DNA of 61,934 nucleotides, filler included, from Actinomycetota bacterium (GCA_009886115.1; 7 parts of 7 records of this genome joined end to end with filler, not necessarily neighbours in it); one strand, 5' to 3'. Positions 19,660 through 29,572 are shown, numbered from the whole stretch's first letter. Made by a program: numbers and translations. Notes: generated by a model not told the origin, from the sequence alone.

Positions 19660-21551
19660 CGGCCGGTGACCGGTGTACCGGACAACGAGGTGCTCTGGGA
19701 GCGCATCGTCGAGATGGCCTGCTCCATCGCCGAGAACTGCGAGCGCAGGAACTTCTCGCGCAAGACGAGGCGGCGCTCGATCGCGACCGCTTGCTCCTTG
19801 GCGTCTTTGACCCGGGCGTCCCAGTTGTTCTTGGCCAGCTCGACGAAGCCGCTGGTTCCTTCGGTGCCGGCGATGAACTTGCCCACCATGCCACCCCAGC
19901 CCTGGCTGAACGCCATCGACCCGAGGTTGAGCGTGCCTCCGGCGGCGGTGACCTCGGCCGCTGTCGCCGAGACCTGGATCATCAAGCCCAAGCTGGTGCC
20001 GGCGCTCGAGGTGAGCGATCGCCCGACACCGGTCGCAGCCTGGCCGTTGATGGTTCCCACCACGTCGAGGCCGGTGTACGTGCCATCCAGACCGAACGCG
20101 GCCGCGCCCGACACGGTGAAGTTCCCGGCGACGCCGTGGCGGGTCTCGAGCAGCTTGATCGCCCCTCCGCCGGTGTTCGAGGCCCGCAGGGAGTTCACGC
20201 CCTGCGCGTCGAGGCCCGAGTTGATCGACGAGATCGCCTGGGCGATGGTGGCGCCGGCATCGATCGTGAGGTTGATCGTCTTGCCACTGCTTTGCACGCT
20301 GAAGCTGGTGTTCGACACGGGCGGCGAGTACAGGCTGCCCGTGACCGTGGCCGCTGTCGCCGCCTGGGTGATCGACACCCCGTAGGAGCCGACGGCGGTG
20401 GTGTCGGTGGCGTTCACGAACTGCAGACGCGAATCAGCAGCCTGACCGGCGCGCTGGAACAAGCGGGCCACGCCTGTCCAGTCGGAGGCCAGGGCGGCCT
20501 TGAGCTTGGTCTCGTCGAGCGAGAACGTCCCGTCGCGCTGGATCGACAGGCCGACGCTGCTGGCGTACGCGTTCGGGCCGGTGAGACCCTCGACCTGGGA
20601 GCTGACGAACCCGCTCACCGAGAAGCGCAGCGAGCGCAGCGTCGAATCGCCGGCGAGCGGGCCGTTCTTCGTGGGATCGGCCGTATCGATCTTAGCCAGG
20701 TCCTTGAGCGTCCTGGCCGTCGCGTTGAGCTCGTCCACGAACGCCTTCAGAGACGTGGCCGCCTTGTCGGCGCTGCGCCCTCCGGTGAGCGTCACCGGGG
20801 TGGCCGACTCCTTGAGGAGGGTGAGGCTCAACCCGGTCGAGAGATCGTTGATCGTGTTGGTGGGACGGGTCACGACCAGCGCGCCGCCGCCGGAACCCAT
20901 CGTGATCTGGGCGTCCTGGGCCGCTTGCGATGCCGTGAAGTTCGCGGTCATGAGGCCCGTCAGGTTCCCACCGATGGTGATCGTGTTCGCGGCACCGGTG
21001 CTCTGGCCCTGGAGCACCAGCTTGTGCGAGGTCCCGTCGATCGAGACGACGTTGGCGGTGACGCCCTTGTTGAGGGCGTTGATCTGCTGGGCCAGATCGG
21101 CGAGGGTCGTCGACGACGTCGTGGTGATGGTCTGGGTGGGCAACGTTCCGAGCGCGAACGTGAACGACCCCGCGCCCACGGTCTGGTCGGTGCTCGTGAA
21201 GTTCGTGATGGAAGCCCGCTGCTCGGCCTTCGCCAGCCTGTCGACTGTAAAGGTGAGGTTGAGCGGGGCCATCCCGATGCCGGCGCCGACCCGGGCGATC
21301 GTCGCGTCCGACGACGTCGCCTCGACGAAGCCTTCGAACTTCCCGGGAAGCGTGATGTCGTTCAGCCTCGTTCGCAAGGCTGACAGCCGGGTCGAGACGT
21401 TCTTCCACGCGTCGGCCTTGGCCTGGAAGCTCGTCTGCTTCGACTGCAGGGCCCGGACGGGCGCGCGCTCGATGTTCATGAGGCCCGCGACGATGCTGTT
21501 CGTGTCGAGCCCGGAGGCGAGTCCTCCGATGTTGAACAAAGGCGCAGCCAT
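19656..21551 (-). CDS. fliD: Flagellar filament cap protein FliD
   Basis: GGLASGLDTNSIVAGLMNIERAP N-terminus, GPLAGDSTLR, and C-terminal LRSQFSAMEQAISTMRSQ. Confidence 0.95.
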   Translation of the reverse strand: MAAPLFNIGGLASGLDTNSIVAGLMNIERAPVRALQSKQTSFQAKADAWKNVSTRLSALRTRLNDITLPGKFEGFVEATSSDATIARVGAGIGMAPLNLTFTVDRLAKAEQRASITNFTSTDQTVGAGSFTFALGTLPTQTITTTSSTTLADLAQQINALNKGVTANVVSIDGTSHKLVLQGQSTGAANTITIGGNLTGLMTANFTASQAAQDAQITMGSGGGALVVTRPTNTINDLSTGLSLTLLKESATPVTLTGGRSADKAATSLKAFVDELNATARTLKDLAKIDTADPTKNGPLAGDSTLRSLRFSVSGFVSSQVEGLTGPNAYASSVGLSIQRDGTFSLDETKLKAALASDWTGVARLFQRAGQAADSRLQFVNATDTTAVGSYGVSITQAATAATVTGSLYSPPVSNTSFSVQSSGKTINLTIDAGATIAQAISSINSGLDAQGVNSLRASNTGGGAIKLLETRHGVAGNFTVSGAAAFGLDGTYTGLDVVGTINGQAATGVGRSLTSSAGTSLGLMIQVSATAAEVTAAGGTLNLGSMAFSQGWGGMVGKFIAGTEGTSGFVELAKNNWDARVKDAKEQAVAIERRLVLREKFLRSQFSAMEQAISTMRSQSTSLSGTPVTGR

Positions 21552-21584
21552 GGACGATCCCTTCCCGGCGACCGGGTGGTACCG

Positions 21585-21639
21585 GTTGATCAGGGTGATC
21601 AGGTTGATCAGGGTGATCAGGTAGATCAGGGTGATGCAG
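21585..21639. repeat. 9-bp tandem repeat (consensus G[T/G]TGATCAG, 6 units) in the fliD leader
   Basis: GTTGATCAG GGTGATCAG GTTGATCAG GGTGATCAG GTAGATCAG GGTGATGCAG. Confidence 0.85.
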
Positions 21640-21644
21640 GGGTT

Positions 21645-21671
21645 CCATCGGCCGCATCACGACGCGGTCAA
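21645..21671 (-). promoter_or_regulatory. Sigma-28-like promoter of fliD
   Basis: Minus strand reads TTGA-N15-GCCGATGG. Confidence 0.6.
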
Positions 21672-21722
21672 GGAATGGCCATCGACGGGTGCCGTCCCCA
21701 ACCGTCGTATTGCCGGAAATGA

Positions 21723-21755
21723 CCGAGGCGGCCCCCGGGTGGAGGCCGCCTTCGG
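21723..21755 (-). terminator. Hairpin downstream of flagellin 1
   Basis: CCGAGGCGGCCCCC...GGAGGCCGCCTTCGG inverted repeat. Confidence 0.55.
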
Positions 21756-21820
21756 TGGTGCTCGTTCAGCGAGCCCGGTCGGTCGGCGGCGACGGCTCAG
21801 CCGTCCCCGCCGCCAGCGAC

Positions 21821-21948
21821 TTAGCCCTGGAGCAGGGAAAGGACGCCTTGCTGTGAGGCGTTGGCCTGGGCCAGCATCGCGGTGCCGGCCTGGGTCATGA
21901 TCTGGTGACGGGTGAACATGGTCATCTCCTTGGCCATGTCCGTGTCAC
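21821..21948 (-). CDS. fliC: Flagellin C-terminus, copy 1 (5' partial)
   Basis: Manual translation gives [41 protein letters not shown]. Not in the ORF track. Confidence 0.93.
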
Positions 21949-22048
21949 NNNNNNNNNNNNNNNNNNNNNNNNNNNNNNNNNNNNNNNNNNNNTTAATTAA
22001 TTAANNNNNNNNNNNNNNNNNNNNNNNNNNNNNNNNNNNNNNNNNNNN
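21949..22048. other. Artificial contig linker
   Basis: N44-TTAATTAATTAA-N44. Confidence 0.98.
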
Positions 22049-22050
22049 CC

Positions 22051-22116
22051 TCGCTCGACGGATTCACCGAGTACGTGGCGCAGGTCGCGGCGTTCGTGGC
22101 TCGGCTGCCTCGCTGA
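22051..22116 (+). CDS. C-terminal stub of a gene, possibly a DUF86/HepT-like RNase toxin (5' partial)
   Basis: SLDGFTEYVAQVAAFVARLPR* resembles the last helix of actinobacterial DUF86 proteins. Only 21 aa are visible. Confidence 0.35.
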   Translation, partial: SLDGFTEYVAQVAAFVARLPR

Positions 22117-22248
22117 GCTGCGCGCACCCGGCCAGGCACTGCTGGCTCATCCCGCCTCGCTCGACCCCGGCGACACCACCGTCGGGATGCAGCTCCGCCG
22201 GTTGTCGTTCAGGGTCATGGTCGACCGACAGCCTCCGCGCTCGCGAAC

Positions 22249-22641
22249 TCACCACCGTGTCGGCGAACGCGGATGGCGGTACGTACGCATCGCGCCGTCC
22301 TTGGTGACGAGGGGGACCCCGAGCTCGAGTGCAGTCGCGTAGATCAACCGATCCGCAGGGTCACCGGGAAACGACTCGGCAAGCGCAACGGCGGTGTCGG
22401 CGATAGCGGTCGTCACTCCGGCCGTGCGAACCCGCGAGCTGATCTCGTCGAGCCACGCGCGTACCGGCACACTGAGCACGATGCGGTCATGGGTCGCGAG
22501 CCAGGCGAGCTCGTACCACGAGATCGCCGCGATCACGACTTCTTCTGCTTCCTCGATGACCCGGGCGGCAGCCCGACTCAGCTTCTGCGGCTCGGCCGAC
22601 CACCAGTGCACCACGTGGGTGTCGAGCAGGACTGCCGTCAC
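22249..22641 (-). CDS. vapC: VapC family PIN-domain toxin
   Basis: VLLDTHVVHWW, ISWYE, DPADRLIYATA and LVTKD motifs. GTG start overlaps the antitoxin stop. Confidence 0.92.
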   Translation of the reverse strand: MTAVLLDTHVVHWWSAEPQKLSRAAARVIEEAEEVVIAAISWYELAWLATHDRIVLSVPVRAWLDEISSRVRTAGVTTAIADTAVALAESFPGDPADRLIYATALELGVPLVTKDGAMRTYRHPRSPTRW

Positions 22642-22865
22642 GAAGCACCCCAGTGCTCGCCCGTCGAGTAGAGCGATTCGTCCGAGGCGGCGGTCATCGC
22701 CACACCGACCAACGCTCCCTTCAACGCCGCAGGCCCCCGAGCCGGCACGAGACGGGCGATCGTCCGACCGTGCTTGGTGATCTCGACTTCGTCTCCCGCC
22801 GCAACATCGTCGAGCACCGAGAGAATCTTCGCCTTCAACTGCGTAGCGGTCATCTGAATGGCCAT
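22638..22865 (-). CDS. Phd/YefM family antitoxin
   Basis: MTATQLKAKILSVLDDVAAGDEVEITKHGRTIARLVP, directly upstream of vapC. Confidence 0.9.
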   Translation of the reverse strand: MAIQMTATQLKAKILSVLDDVAAGDEVEITKHGRTIARLVPARGPAALKGALVGVAMTAASDESLYSTGEHWGAS

Positions 22866-23231
22866 ACGCACAGAATACCAGTCGCTCTGCCCAACGCTCG
22901 CCCATTGAAGCGCTCCGGGCACGATCACGACCAGACCATCCGTGACCGAAAGCTCGTCGACCCCGCCAAGATGACCCGACCATGCCCCCACCCACCAGCC
23001 CAAACACGAAAGAACCGCCGAAGTCCAGTCTGCGGATCACGGTCATGACCGGCGAAGGGAACGTCTCGGAGCACGAGCTGGTCGACGCAGGAGCTGTGCC
23101 AGAGCTTGCGGACACGATCGCTGACCAACCTCATCGCTTCGGAAACGCCGCTGTGCAGCGCCAAGGCGGGTAAACGGTGCAGCCGGGTGGCGAGGACATG
23201 ATCGAACCCGGGGGCAGCGACCTGGGCGAGG

Positions 23232-23507
23232 TTGTCTTCGCTGATGAGGCCCCGGTCAGGCGGTGAACCCGAGACAGAGCGGGCAGACGACCGTCACCAC
23301 ATGACGATGCTCATCCATTCGGCCCTGACCCAGCTGCCGGCACAGCACCCCGACGCTGTTTGGCTACGCCACGCTTCCGGCCTCGACTACCACGAGATCA
23401 CGATCGAGCTCGGCGTCAAACCAGCGCTCGCCCGGCAACACGTACATCGAGGGTTGGTGGGTCTCCGACGCCTCGTCGATGACCCTGGGGGTGGTAGCCG
23501 CGGCTGA
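23232..23507 (+). pseudogene. ECF sigma factor remnant (region 4 only)
   Basis: ALTQLPAQHPDAVWLRHASGLDYHEITIELGVKPALARQHVHRGLVGLR is a degenerate sigma-70 r4.2. No region 2 in frame. Confidence 0.65.
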
Positions 23508-23597
23508 ACCTGCACCGCAGGCGGCGGCATCGGCTCGGTTCTTTGTGTCCAGGTCCGCGCCGGCCGCGTGCCTGGACACAAAGAACGGCATCGGCCG

Positions 23598-25259
23598 CTA
23601 CGCGAGGCTGGTGGTTCGGGGGTAGAAGTTCGCAGGGTCGGTGAGGACGTTGACGAGGGCCGGGCCACCGCAGGCGAAGGCCCGGTCGAGGGCGGGGCCG
23701 AGCTCGTCGGGACGGGCCACGAGCTCGCCGTGGCAGCCCAGGGCCTCGGCGACCTTGTCGTAACGGGTGTCGGGAGCCAGATCGGCGGCCACGTGGTAGC
23801 CGTAGATGGCTTGCATCGGGTGCTTCTCGAGGCCCCAGCACGAGTTGTTGCCCACGATGCCCACGACAGGCACGTTGAAGCGGGCGAGGGTGTCCCAGTC
23901 GCCCAAGGAGAACCCGGCGGCACCGTCGCCGAGCATCAGGACGAGCTGACGCCCAGGGGCGGCGAGCGAAGCGCCGAGCGCGTAGCCCGGACCGGTTCCG
24001 AGGCATCCGTACGGGCCGGGATCGAGGAACGAGCCCGGCTGATGGGTGTCGATGTATTTGCCTGCGTAGCTCACGAAGTCGCCGCCGTCACCGATGACGA
24101 TCGCGTCGCGATCGAGCCGGGCCCTGACCTCGCCGTAGATCCGAGCCGGATGGATGGGGTCGGAATCCACGTCCATCAACTCGGCCTCCACCGACCGGAG
24201 CGCGCGCTCCTCGCCCTGGAGCCGCTCTATCCACGAGTCGTGACCCGACGGCGTACCACCGCGTCCCGGAGCGGCCGACCGTCCCGCGACCAGGATCCCG
24301 TCGAACACCCGGGCCAGGTCGCCGGCCGCGCTGTCGCACAGCTCGGCGTGGGTCGCCACCCGCTCGGGGCTGTCGACGAGATGGACGGTCCGTCCGCCGG
24401 CGAAGCGGCCGAAGCCCACACGGAAGTCGAGCGGCGTCCCGGCGACGACGACGAGGTCGGCGCCCTTGAGCGCGGTCGAGCGGCAGCGCGACATGGCCAA
24501 CGGATGGTCGGCCCGGATCGTGCCCCGCCCCATGCCGTTGACGATCACGGGGACACGCAGCCCCTCGGCCAGGCGCACCAGGGCCTCCTCGGCGCCGTCG
24601 AAGTACACGTCGGCGCCGGCCAGGATCACCGGCCGAGCGCTCTCGGCCAGCAACCGACCGATGCGGACGAGCGCCGCGGGATCGGGCTCGGCGCCCACGA
24701 GGTCGTGGGGTGTCACCGCCGCCGGCACGGTGTCGAGCGACGCCGGTCCGAAGAAGACGTCCATGGGCACGTCGAGGAACGTCGGGCCCCGGTGCGAGCG
24801 CCGGGCCTCCAACACGGCTCGGTGCACGTCGGGGCCGACCCGAGCCGGGTCGGTGGACGTGGCTGCGTACTTGGTGACCGTGGCCACGAGCGGGACGTGG
24901 TCGAGCTCCTGGAGCGAGCCCGATCCCCAGGTGGCTTGGGGGGCGCGGCCCCCGATCACGGTGATCGGCGAGCCGGTCCAGAACGCGCTCGTGATGGCGC
25001 TCATCCCGTTGGTGACACCAGGTCCGGCAGTGAGCGCGGCGATGCCGGGACGGCGCGACACCTTGGCGTAGGCCTCGGCCGCGAACGTGGCGGTCTGCTC
25101 GTGGCGGGTGTCGACGAGCCTGATCCCCCGCTGCACGCAGCCGTCGTAGAGGGAGAAGAGATGGCCCCCCGAGAGCGTGAACAGCGTGTCGACGCCGTGA
25201 CGAATCAGGGCCTCGGCGGCCGCCACGCCCGCATGGGCCATCGTGGGCTGATCGGTCAC
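23598..25259 (-). CDS. Thiamine pyrophosphate enzyme (acetolactate synthase/IlvG-like)
   Basis: FTLSGGH, DTRHEQ, TAGPG and GDGAAG...NN TPP-binding motifs. Confidence 0.9.
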   Translation of the reverse strand: MTDQPTMAHAGVAAAEALIRHGVDTLFTLSGGHLFSLYDGCVQRGIRLVDTRHEQTATFAAEAYAKVSRRPGIAALTAGPGVTNGMSAITSAFWTGSPITVIGGRAPQATWGSGSLQELDHVPLVATVTKYAATSTDPARVGPDVHRAVLEARRSHRGPTFLDVPMDVFFGPASLDTVPAAVTPHDLVGAEPDPAALVRIGRLLAESARPVILAGADVYFDGAEEALVRLAEGLRVPVIVNGMGRGTIRADHPLAMSRCRSTALKGADLVVVAGTPLDFRVGFGRFAGGRTVHLVDSPERVATHAELCDSAAGDLARVFDGILVAGRSAAPGRGGTPSGHDSWIERLQGEERALRSVEAELMDVDSDPIHPARIYGEVRARLDRDAIVIGDGGDFVSYAGKYIDTHQPGSFLDPGPYGCLGTGPGYALGASLAAPGRQLVLMLGDGAAGFSLGDWDTLARFNVPVVGIVGNNSCWGLEKHPMQAIYGYHVAADLAPDTRYDKVAEALGCHGELVARPDELGPALDRAFACGGPALVNVLTDPANFYPRTTSLA

Positions 25260-25402
25260 CGTCGGTCCCCGTTCTCCCGACGCTCGTCGGGTCGGGCCGA
25301 GCCTACGAGCCGCCGCCGGGTCTCCGCCGGGCGCCATGCAGGCGTCGCAGCGACGAGCCGGGGTCATGGGACGCCCGGCCGAAGCGGTCTAGGCTCTCCC
25401 CG

Positions 25403-26443
25403 ATGTCTACGACGAGGGGCGCAGCCGGTCGCGCCCGGCCGTATCAACACGCGGCGTCACATCGCAGGCGCGATGCGCTCGTGCTCGGCCTGCGCGTCGC
25501 GGTCGGCGGAGCAATGCTCACGATCCTCATGCGGCGGGTCTCGTTCGACACCCTGTTCCCCGAGAGCGCCGACCACCTCACTGCGCTCGAGGTCGTGCTC
25601 GGGCTGGCGCTGATGCTGTCGAGCTTCGTCCTGGCCGCGTGGCGGTGGCAGCGGGTCGTCTCGGTGCTGGGCGAGCACGTGCGGCTCAGCACGCTGTCGG
25701 GCTTCTACCTGGCCGGGCAGTTCGTGGGGAACTTCCTCCCGTCCACCATCGGGGGCGACGCCCTGCGGGTGCGGCGACTCTCGGTGCATCTCGACAAGCC
25801 CGAGGTGGCGTTCGCGTCGGTGGCCATCGAACGGCTCACGGGCTTCATCATCCTGCCCATGCTCATCCTCGTGGGCATGCTGGCCCGGCCGTCGTTGTTC
25901 AGCGAGGGCAACGCGGCGCGGCTGGCGCTGTTGACCGCGGGCATCGCCCTGGCCGTACTGGTGGTCATGCTGATCCTGGCTGCGCACCCCCAGGTGGGTG
26001 GCCGCTTCGACGAGACCACCGGCTGGACCCGGTTCATCGGGGCCGTGCACCTCGGGCTCGAGCGCCTGATGGCCGACCGCCAGCGCATCGTCGACGTGCT
26101 CGTCGCCTCCACCGTGTACCAGCTGACGGTGGTGGGAGCCACCTACTTCGCGGCCAAGTCGCTCGACCTCGACGTGCCCCTGCTGGCCGTTGTCGCCTTC
26201 GCTCCCGCCGTCGCCGCGATCCAGGTGCTGCCGATCTCGCTGGGGGGCCTCGGCGTGCGCGAGACCGCGTTCGCCGTGTTGTTCGCACCGTTCGGCGTCA
26301 GCAACGGCCAAGCCCTCGGACTGGGTCTGCTCGTCTACGCCATGACCCTCGTCGCCAGCCTCGCCGGAGCGCCGTCGTTCGCCACCGGGTCCCGGCAGCA
26401 GAGCCATCAACGTGAACAAGCCCGCCAGGTCCGCGAAGCGTGA
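25403..26443 (+). CDS. Lysylphosphatidylglycerol synthase TM/flippase-like membrane protein (UPF0104)
   Basis: AWRWQ, GNFLPSTIGGDA and LPISLGGLGVRE motifs. Confidence 0.85.
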   Translation: MSTTRGAAGRARPYQHAASHRRRDALVLGLRVAVGGAMLTILMRRVSFDTLFPESADHLTALEVVLGLALMLSSFVLAAWRWQRVVSVLGEHVRLSTLSGFYLAGQFVGNFLPSTIGGDALRVRRLSVHLDKPEVAFASVAIERLTGFIILPMLILVGMLARPSLFSEGNAARLALLTAGIALAVLVVMLILAAHPQVGGRFDETTGWTRFIGAVHLGLERLMADRQRIVDVLVASTVYQLTVVGATYFAAKSLDLDVPLLAVVAFAPAVAAIQVLPISLGGLGVRETAFAVLFAPFGVSNGQALGLGLLVYAMTLVASLAGAPSFATGSRQQSHQREQARQVREA

Positions 26444-27396
26444 GCGAGCACAGCACCGTCGTCCCGCTCGAGTCTCAGGTCGCCACCGCCGATGGCTTCG
26501 ACGGCCTCGATAGGCGCAAAAGCGCTGACGCAGTCGACGGCGCGATCGCCGTCGTGCTCGACCCGATCCGATCCAACCGGCTCAAGGCTCGGATCACGGC
26601 GTCCGGGCACCGCCTGTTCTGGTGGGTCGAGCTCGTGGCGATCGGCGTCTTCTACAGCATCTACTCGGGCATCAGGAACGCCAACGAGGGCTCGCCCAGC
26701 GATGCCTACGCCAACGCGCAGACCATCATCGACGCTCAGCGCAAGCTCGGGATCTTCCACGAGGCCCGTCTGCAGAGCTGGGCTCTCGAGTTCAAGCCCC
26801 TCATCATCGCCTGCAACTACTTCTACGGCTCGCTGCACTTCGTGCTCACCATCGGGATCATCGTCTTCCTGTTCCGTCGCCACACCGACGACTATCCCTT
26901 GTGGCGCAACACGTTCGCCATCACCACGGGTCTCGCTCTCGTGGGTTTCGTCACGTTTCCCTTGATGCCGCCACGCCTGATCGACGGGCACGCGGCGGCA
27001 TGGGGCCTCACCAGCACCCGGTACGAGTTCGTCGACACCCTCGCCCGCTACCCCACGTTCTGGTCGTTCAACTCCGGCGCGGTCAGCCGGGTCTCGAACC
27101 AGTTCGCGGCAATGCCCAGCCTGCACTTCGCCTGGGCGACCTGGTGCGCGTGGGCCGGCGCGCCTCGCCTGCGGTCGCGCTGGGCCAAGGTGCTGCTGCA
27201 CGCCTACCCGTGGGTCACGCTGACGACCATCGTCCTCACGGGCAACCACTACATCCTCGACGCCGTGGGCGGCGGCGCGATCTTCCTGATCGCCTACGGG
27301 CTCAGCAAGCGATTCACGCCGACCGGCTTGCGATCGCACAGCGACGATCGACGGGGCCGGGCCCGGCAAGCGCCGACGCCGGCACGACTCAGCTGA
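26440..27396 (+). CDS. PAP2-family (Aur1/IPC synthase-like) membrane protein
   Basis: PLMPPRL, NQFAAMPSLHFAW and TGNHYILD motifs. GTGA coupling to the upstream gene. Confidence 0.88.
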   Translation: MSEHSTVVPLESQVATADGFDGLDRRKSADAVDGAIAVVLDPIRSNRLKARITASGHRLFWWVELVAIGVFYSIYSGIRNANEGSPSDAYANAQTIIDAQRKLGIFHEARLQSWALEFKPLIIACNYFYGSLHFVLTIGIIVFLFRRHTDDYPLWRNTFAITTGLALVGFVTFPLMPPRLIDGHAAAWGLTSTRYEFVDTLARYPTFWSFNSGAVSRVSNQFAAMPSLHFAWATWCAWAGAPRLRSRWAKVLLHAYPWVTLTTIVLTGNHYILDAVGGGAIFLIAYGLSKRFTPTGLRSHSDDRRGRARQAPTPARLS

Positions 27397-27769
27397 GCTC
27401 GTCGCTCGCCATCACAGGCTCCCAGCTCTCGAGCAGGTACGACATCAAGGGCGACGCTGACGAGCCAGCGACGAGACCGCGGACAACCTCCTGGGCCTCG
27501 CGGGCGACCCGGGTGACGAGCTCACTGGGCAGGTCGAGGCCGGCCCGGGTCGCCGCTCGAAGCACGGCGTCAGCCGCCTGATGAGCTGCTGTACCGGCGG
27601 CCCGGAGCGTGCCCTGGCTCTTGAGGGCCTCGTGGATCGCAAGATGCGCCCGCCACCAGAAGACCTCGCCCTCCGCGGTGGCGAAGTGGGTCTCGATGTT
27701 GTCGGCGATCGATTCGATGTCGTCACGGCCGAGACACAACAAGGCCTCGGTGAACTCCCGAGCATCCAT
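27389..27769 (-). CDS. Hypothetical protein
   Basis: 126-aa helical-looking ORF with plausible codon bias. No recognised motif. Confidence 0.6.
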   Translation of the reverse strand: MDAREFTEALLCLGRDDIESIADNIETHFATAEGEVFWWRAHLAIHEALKSQGTLRAAGTAAHQAADAVLRAATRAGLDLPSELVTRVAREAQEVVRGLVAGSSASPLMSYLLESWEPVMASDELS

Positions 27770-27903
27770 GGGCGGAACCTACTCCCGCTGGAGAAGTCAC
27801 TCGCGGATCCCGCGGCCCGGCATCCGCTTCACACCCGTCGGCACGATCGGTCCACCAGATGAGCACAATCTCCGAGAAACATCCCACGATCTCGGGGAGG
27901 CAC

Positions 27904-28791
27904 TCAGCCGTTGCGGGCGCGGACCAGCCTGACGACCGCGTTGCGGATGGCCCGATCGGCGAGCGACAGGTGCGCGTCGCGAGCGGTGACCAGGGCGAGT
28001 CGGCGCGGGGGGAGTCCTTCGATGCGCACGATCTTCACGCCGGAGTTGGCGCCCCGCGGAGCCGCGGTCTCGGGAAGGATCGAGACCCCCAGCCCGGCGG
28101 CCACGAGATCGGCGATGAGCCTCACCCCTTCGACCTCGACCGGGACGTCGAGGTCGACTCCCATGGCGGCCGCCGCGGCCTGGATCTCGACCCGCAGCGG
28201 ATTGTGCTCGGGCGGCAGGATCACGCGTTGGCGAACCAGCTCAGCCAACGGGACGGGCTCAGCCGACATGCGCATGCCCTTGGGCACCAGCCCCACCATC
28301 GCCTCGTCGAGGAGATGCTCGACCTGGATGCGCCGATCGGGCGGGGGCTCGGTGACGACGGCCAGCGACAGCGACGCTGAGATGACCTCGGCCACCAGAC
28401 GATCGGAGGACGCTTCGGTGATGCGCATCCGGACCCCGGGGGCGCGCTCGCGCAATTCGGCGACAAGCGCCGGGATCAGCCAGCGGCTCGAGGTCCCGAC
28501 GACGCCCAGGCTGGCGTGCCCGGCCTCCAGCCCCATGAGGAGCGACAGGTCGGCTCGCATGGCGTCGAGCTCGACGCGGATCCGGCGGGCGCGCTCGATG
28601 ACGACCTTGCCGAACTCCGTCGGTATCGCACCGCGGCGGCTGCGGACCAGCAGCGGCACGCCCAGCTCGCGCTCGAGCTGGCGAACCTGCTCCGATACGT
28701 TCGACTGCACCGTGTGCAAGTCGTCGGCCGCCGAGGTGAACGACCCGGTTTCGGAGATGGCCAGGAGAACGTCGAGGTGACGCAGTTCCAT
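27904..28791 (-). CDS. LysR family transcriptional regulator
   Basis: MELRHL...GSFTSAADDLHTVQSNVSEQVRQLERELGVPLLVR HTH and LVAAGLGVSILP. Confidence 0.93.
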   Translation of the reverse strand: MELRHLDVLLAISETGSFTSAADDLHTVQSNVSEQVRQLERELGVPLLVRSRRGAIPTEFGKVVIERARRIRVELDAMRADLSLLMGLEAGHASLGVVGTSSRWLIPALVAELRERAPGVRMRITEASSDRLVAEVISASLSLAVVTEPPPDRRIQVEHLLDEAMVGLVPKGMRMSAEPVPLAELVRQRVILPPEHNPLRVEIQAAAAAMGVDLDVPVEVEGVRLIADLVAAGLGVSILPETAAPRGANSGVKIVRIEGLPPRRLALVTARDAHLSLADRAIRNAVVRLVRARNG

Positions 28792-29047
28792 CGTGAGCTC
28801 ACGTCGGTCCAGGGGTCAATCGGGCGGACGCAGTTCTAGCATCTCCCTGACCGATCGAAAGTATCGCGGCTAGGCCCTTTACAGATGCCGGCCCGAGATG
28901 GTTCAATGCGTCGGTCAGGAAGTCTTCAGCCCTCGGAAACGACCGTGCGGCATCGAAGACCATCTGAACGGCAATCAGGCTCCTCGTGAGCCCCGGGTAC
29001 CGGCGGGGACCGGCCCCGAGACCAGACAACACAGCAGAGGTGGCCCC

Positions 29048-29383
29048 GTGCAGGCAGTTGCTCCGAGCCCAGCATCGCTCCTGTGGATGACCGACGGCAT
29101 TTGCCGCGGTCACACAGGTTTGTTCTTCCCCGCTCCCGGTGAGCGTCCCGAAGCCCGTGAAGTGCGTGAGGGCAAGGCCCGTGCGCTGTGCTTCGCGTGT
29201 CCGGTCATCTCCGAGTGCCGTATCTGGGCACGTGAGTGCCGCGAGTACGGCTTCTGGGGTGGCGAATCCGAAGAAGAGCGGGCCGCAGCCGGTTTCCGCG
29301 TCGACATGCCCGTCGGCCGGGTCGCCCGCTACCCCCGGGGCAACGGCCAGCCGGTCCAGCCCCGCGCCCCGCGCGTCGCCTGA
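29048..29383 (+). CDS. WhiB family Fe-S transcriptional regulator
   Basis: C...LFF...CFACPVISEC...YGFWGGESEEER: four Cys plus the GxWGG turn. Confidence 0.92.
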   Translation: MQAVAPSPASLLWMTDGICRGHTGLFFPAPGERPEAREVREGKARALCFACPVISECRIWARECREYGFWGGESEEERAAAGFRVDMPVGRVARYPRGNGQPVQPRAPRVA

Positions 29384-29443
29384 TCGACTCCTCCCTTCGG
29401 TGCACGACCCAGGCGTCGTCAGCACGACTGCACCACGGAGAAC

Positions 29444-29465
29444 GCTCCCCTTCCGGGGGGCTTTT
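29444..29465 (+). terminator. Intrinsic terminator after the WhiB gene
   Basis: GCTCCCC-TTCC-GGGGGGC followed by TTTT. Confidence 0.6.
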
Positions 29466-29572
29466 CCGCGTTCTGGGGTGTGCATCGTCGACTCGGCGCC
29501 CGGTGCCGGTGCGAGCCCGACGAGCGGTCCAGCGATGAGCCCACCCACGACCAACAGCCGACGGGTGCGGTC

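Noticed and set aside
20692..21660. ORF beginning with HPDQPD repeats upstream of fliD
   Set aside because: It is a translation of the 9-bp repeat that continues out of frame through fliD. Not a credible gene.
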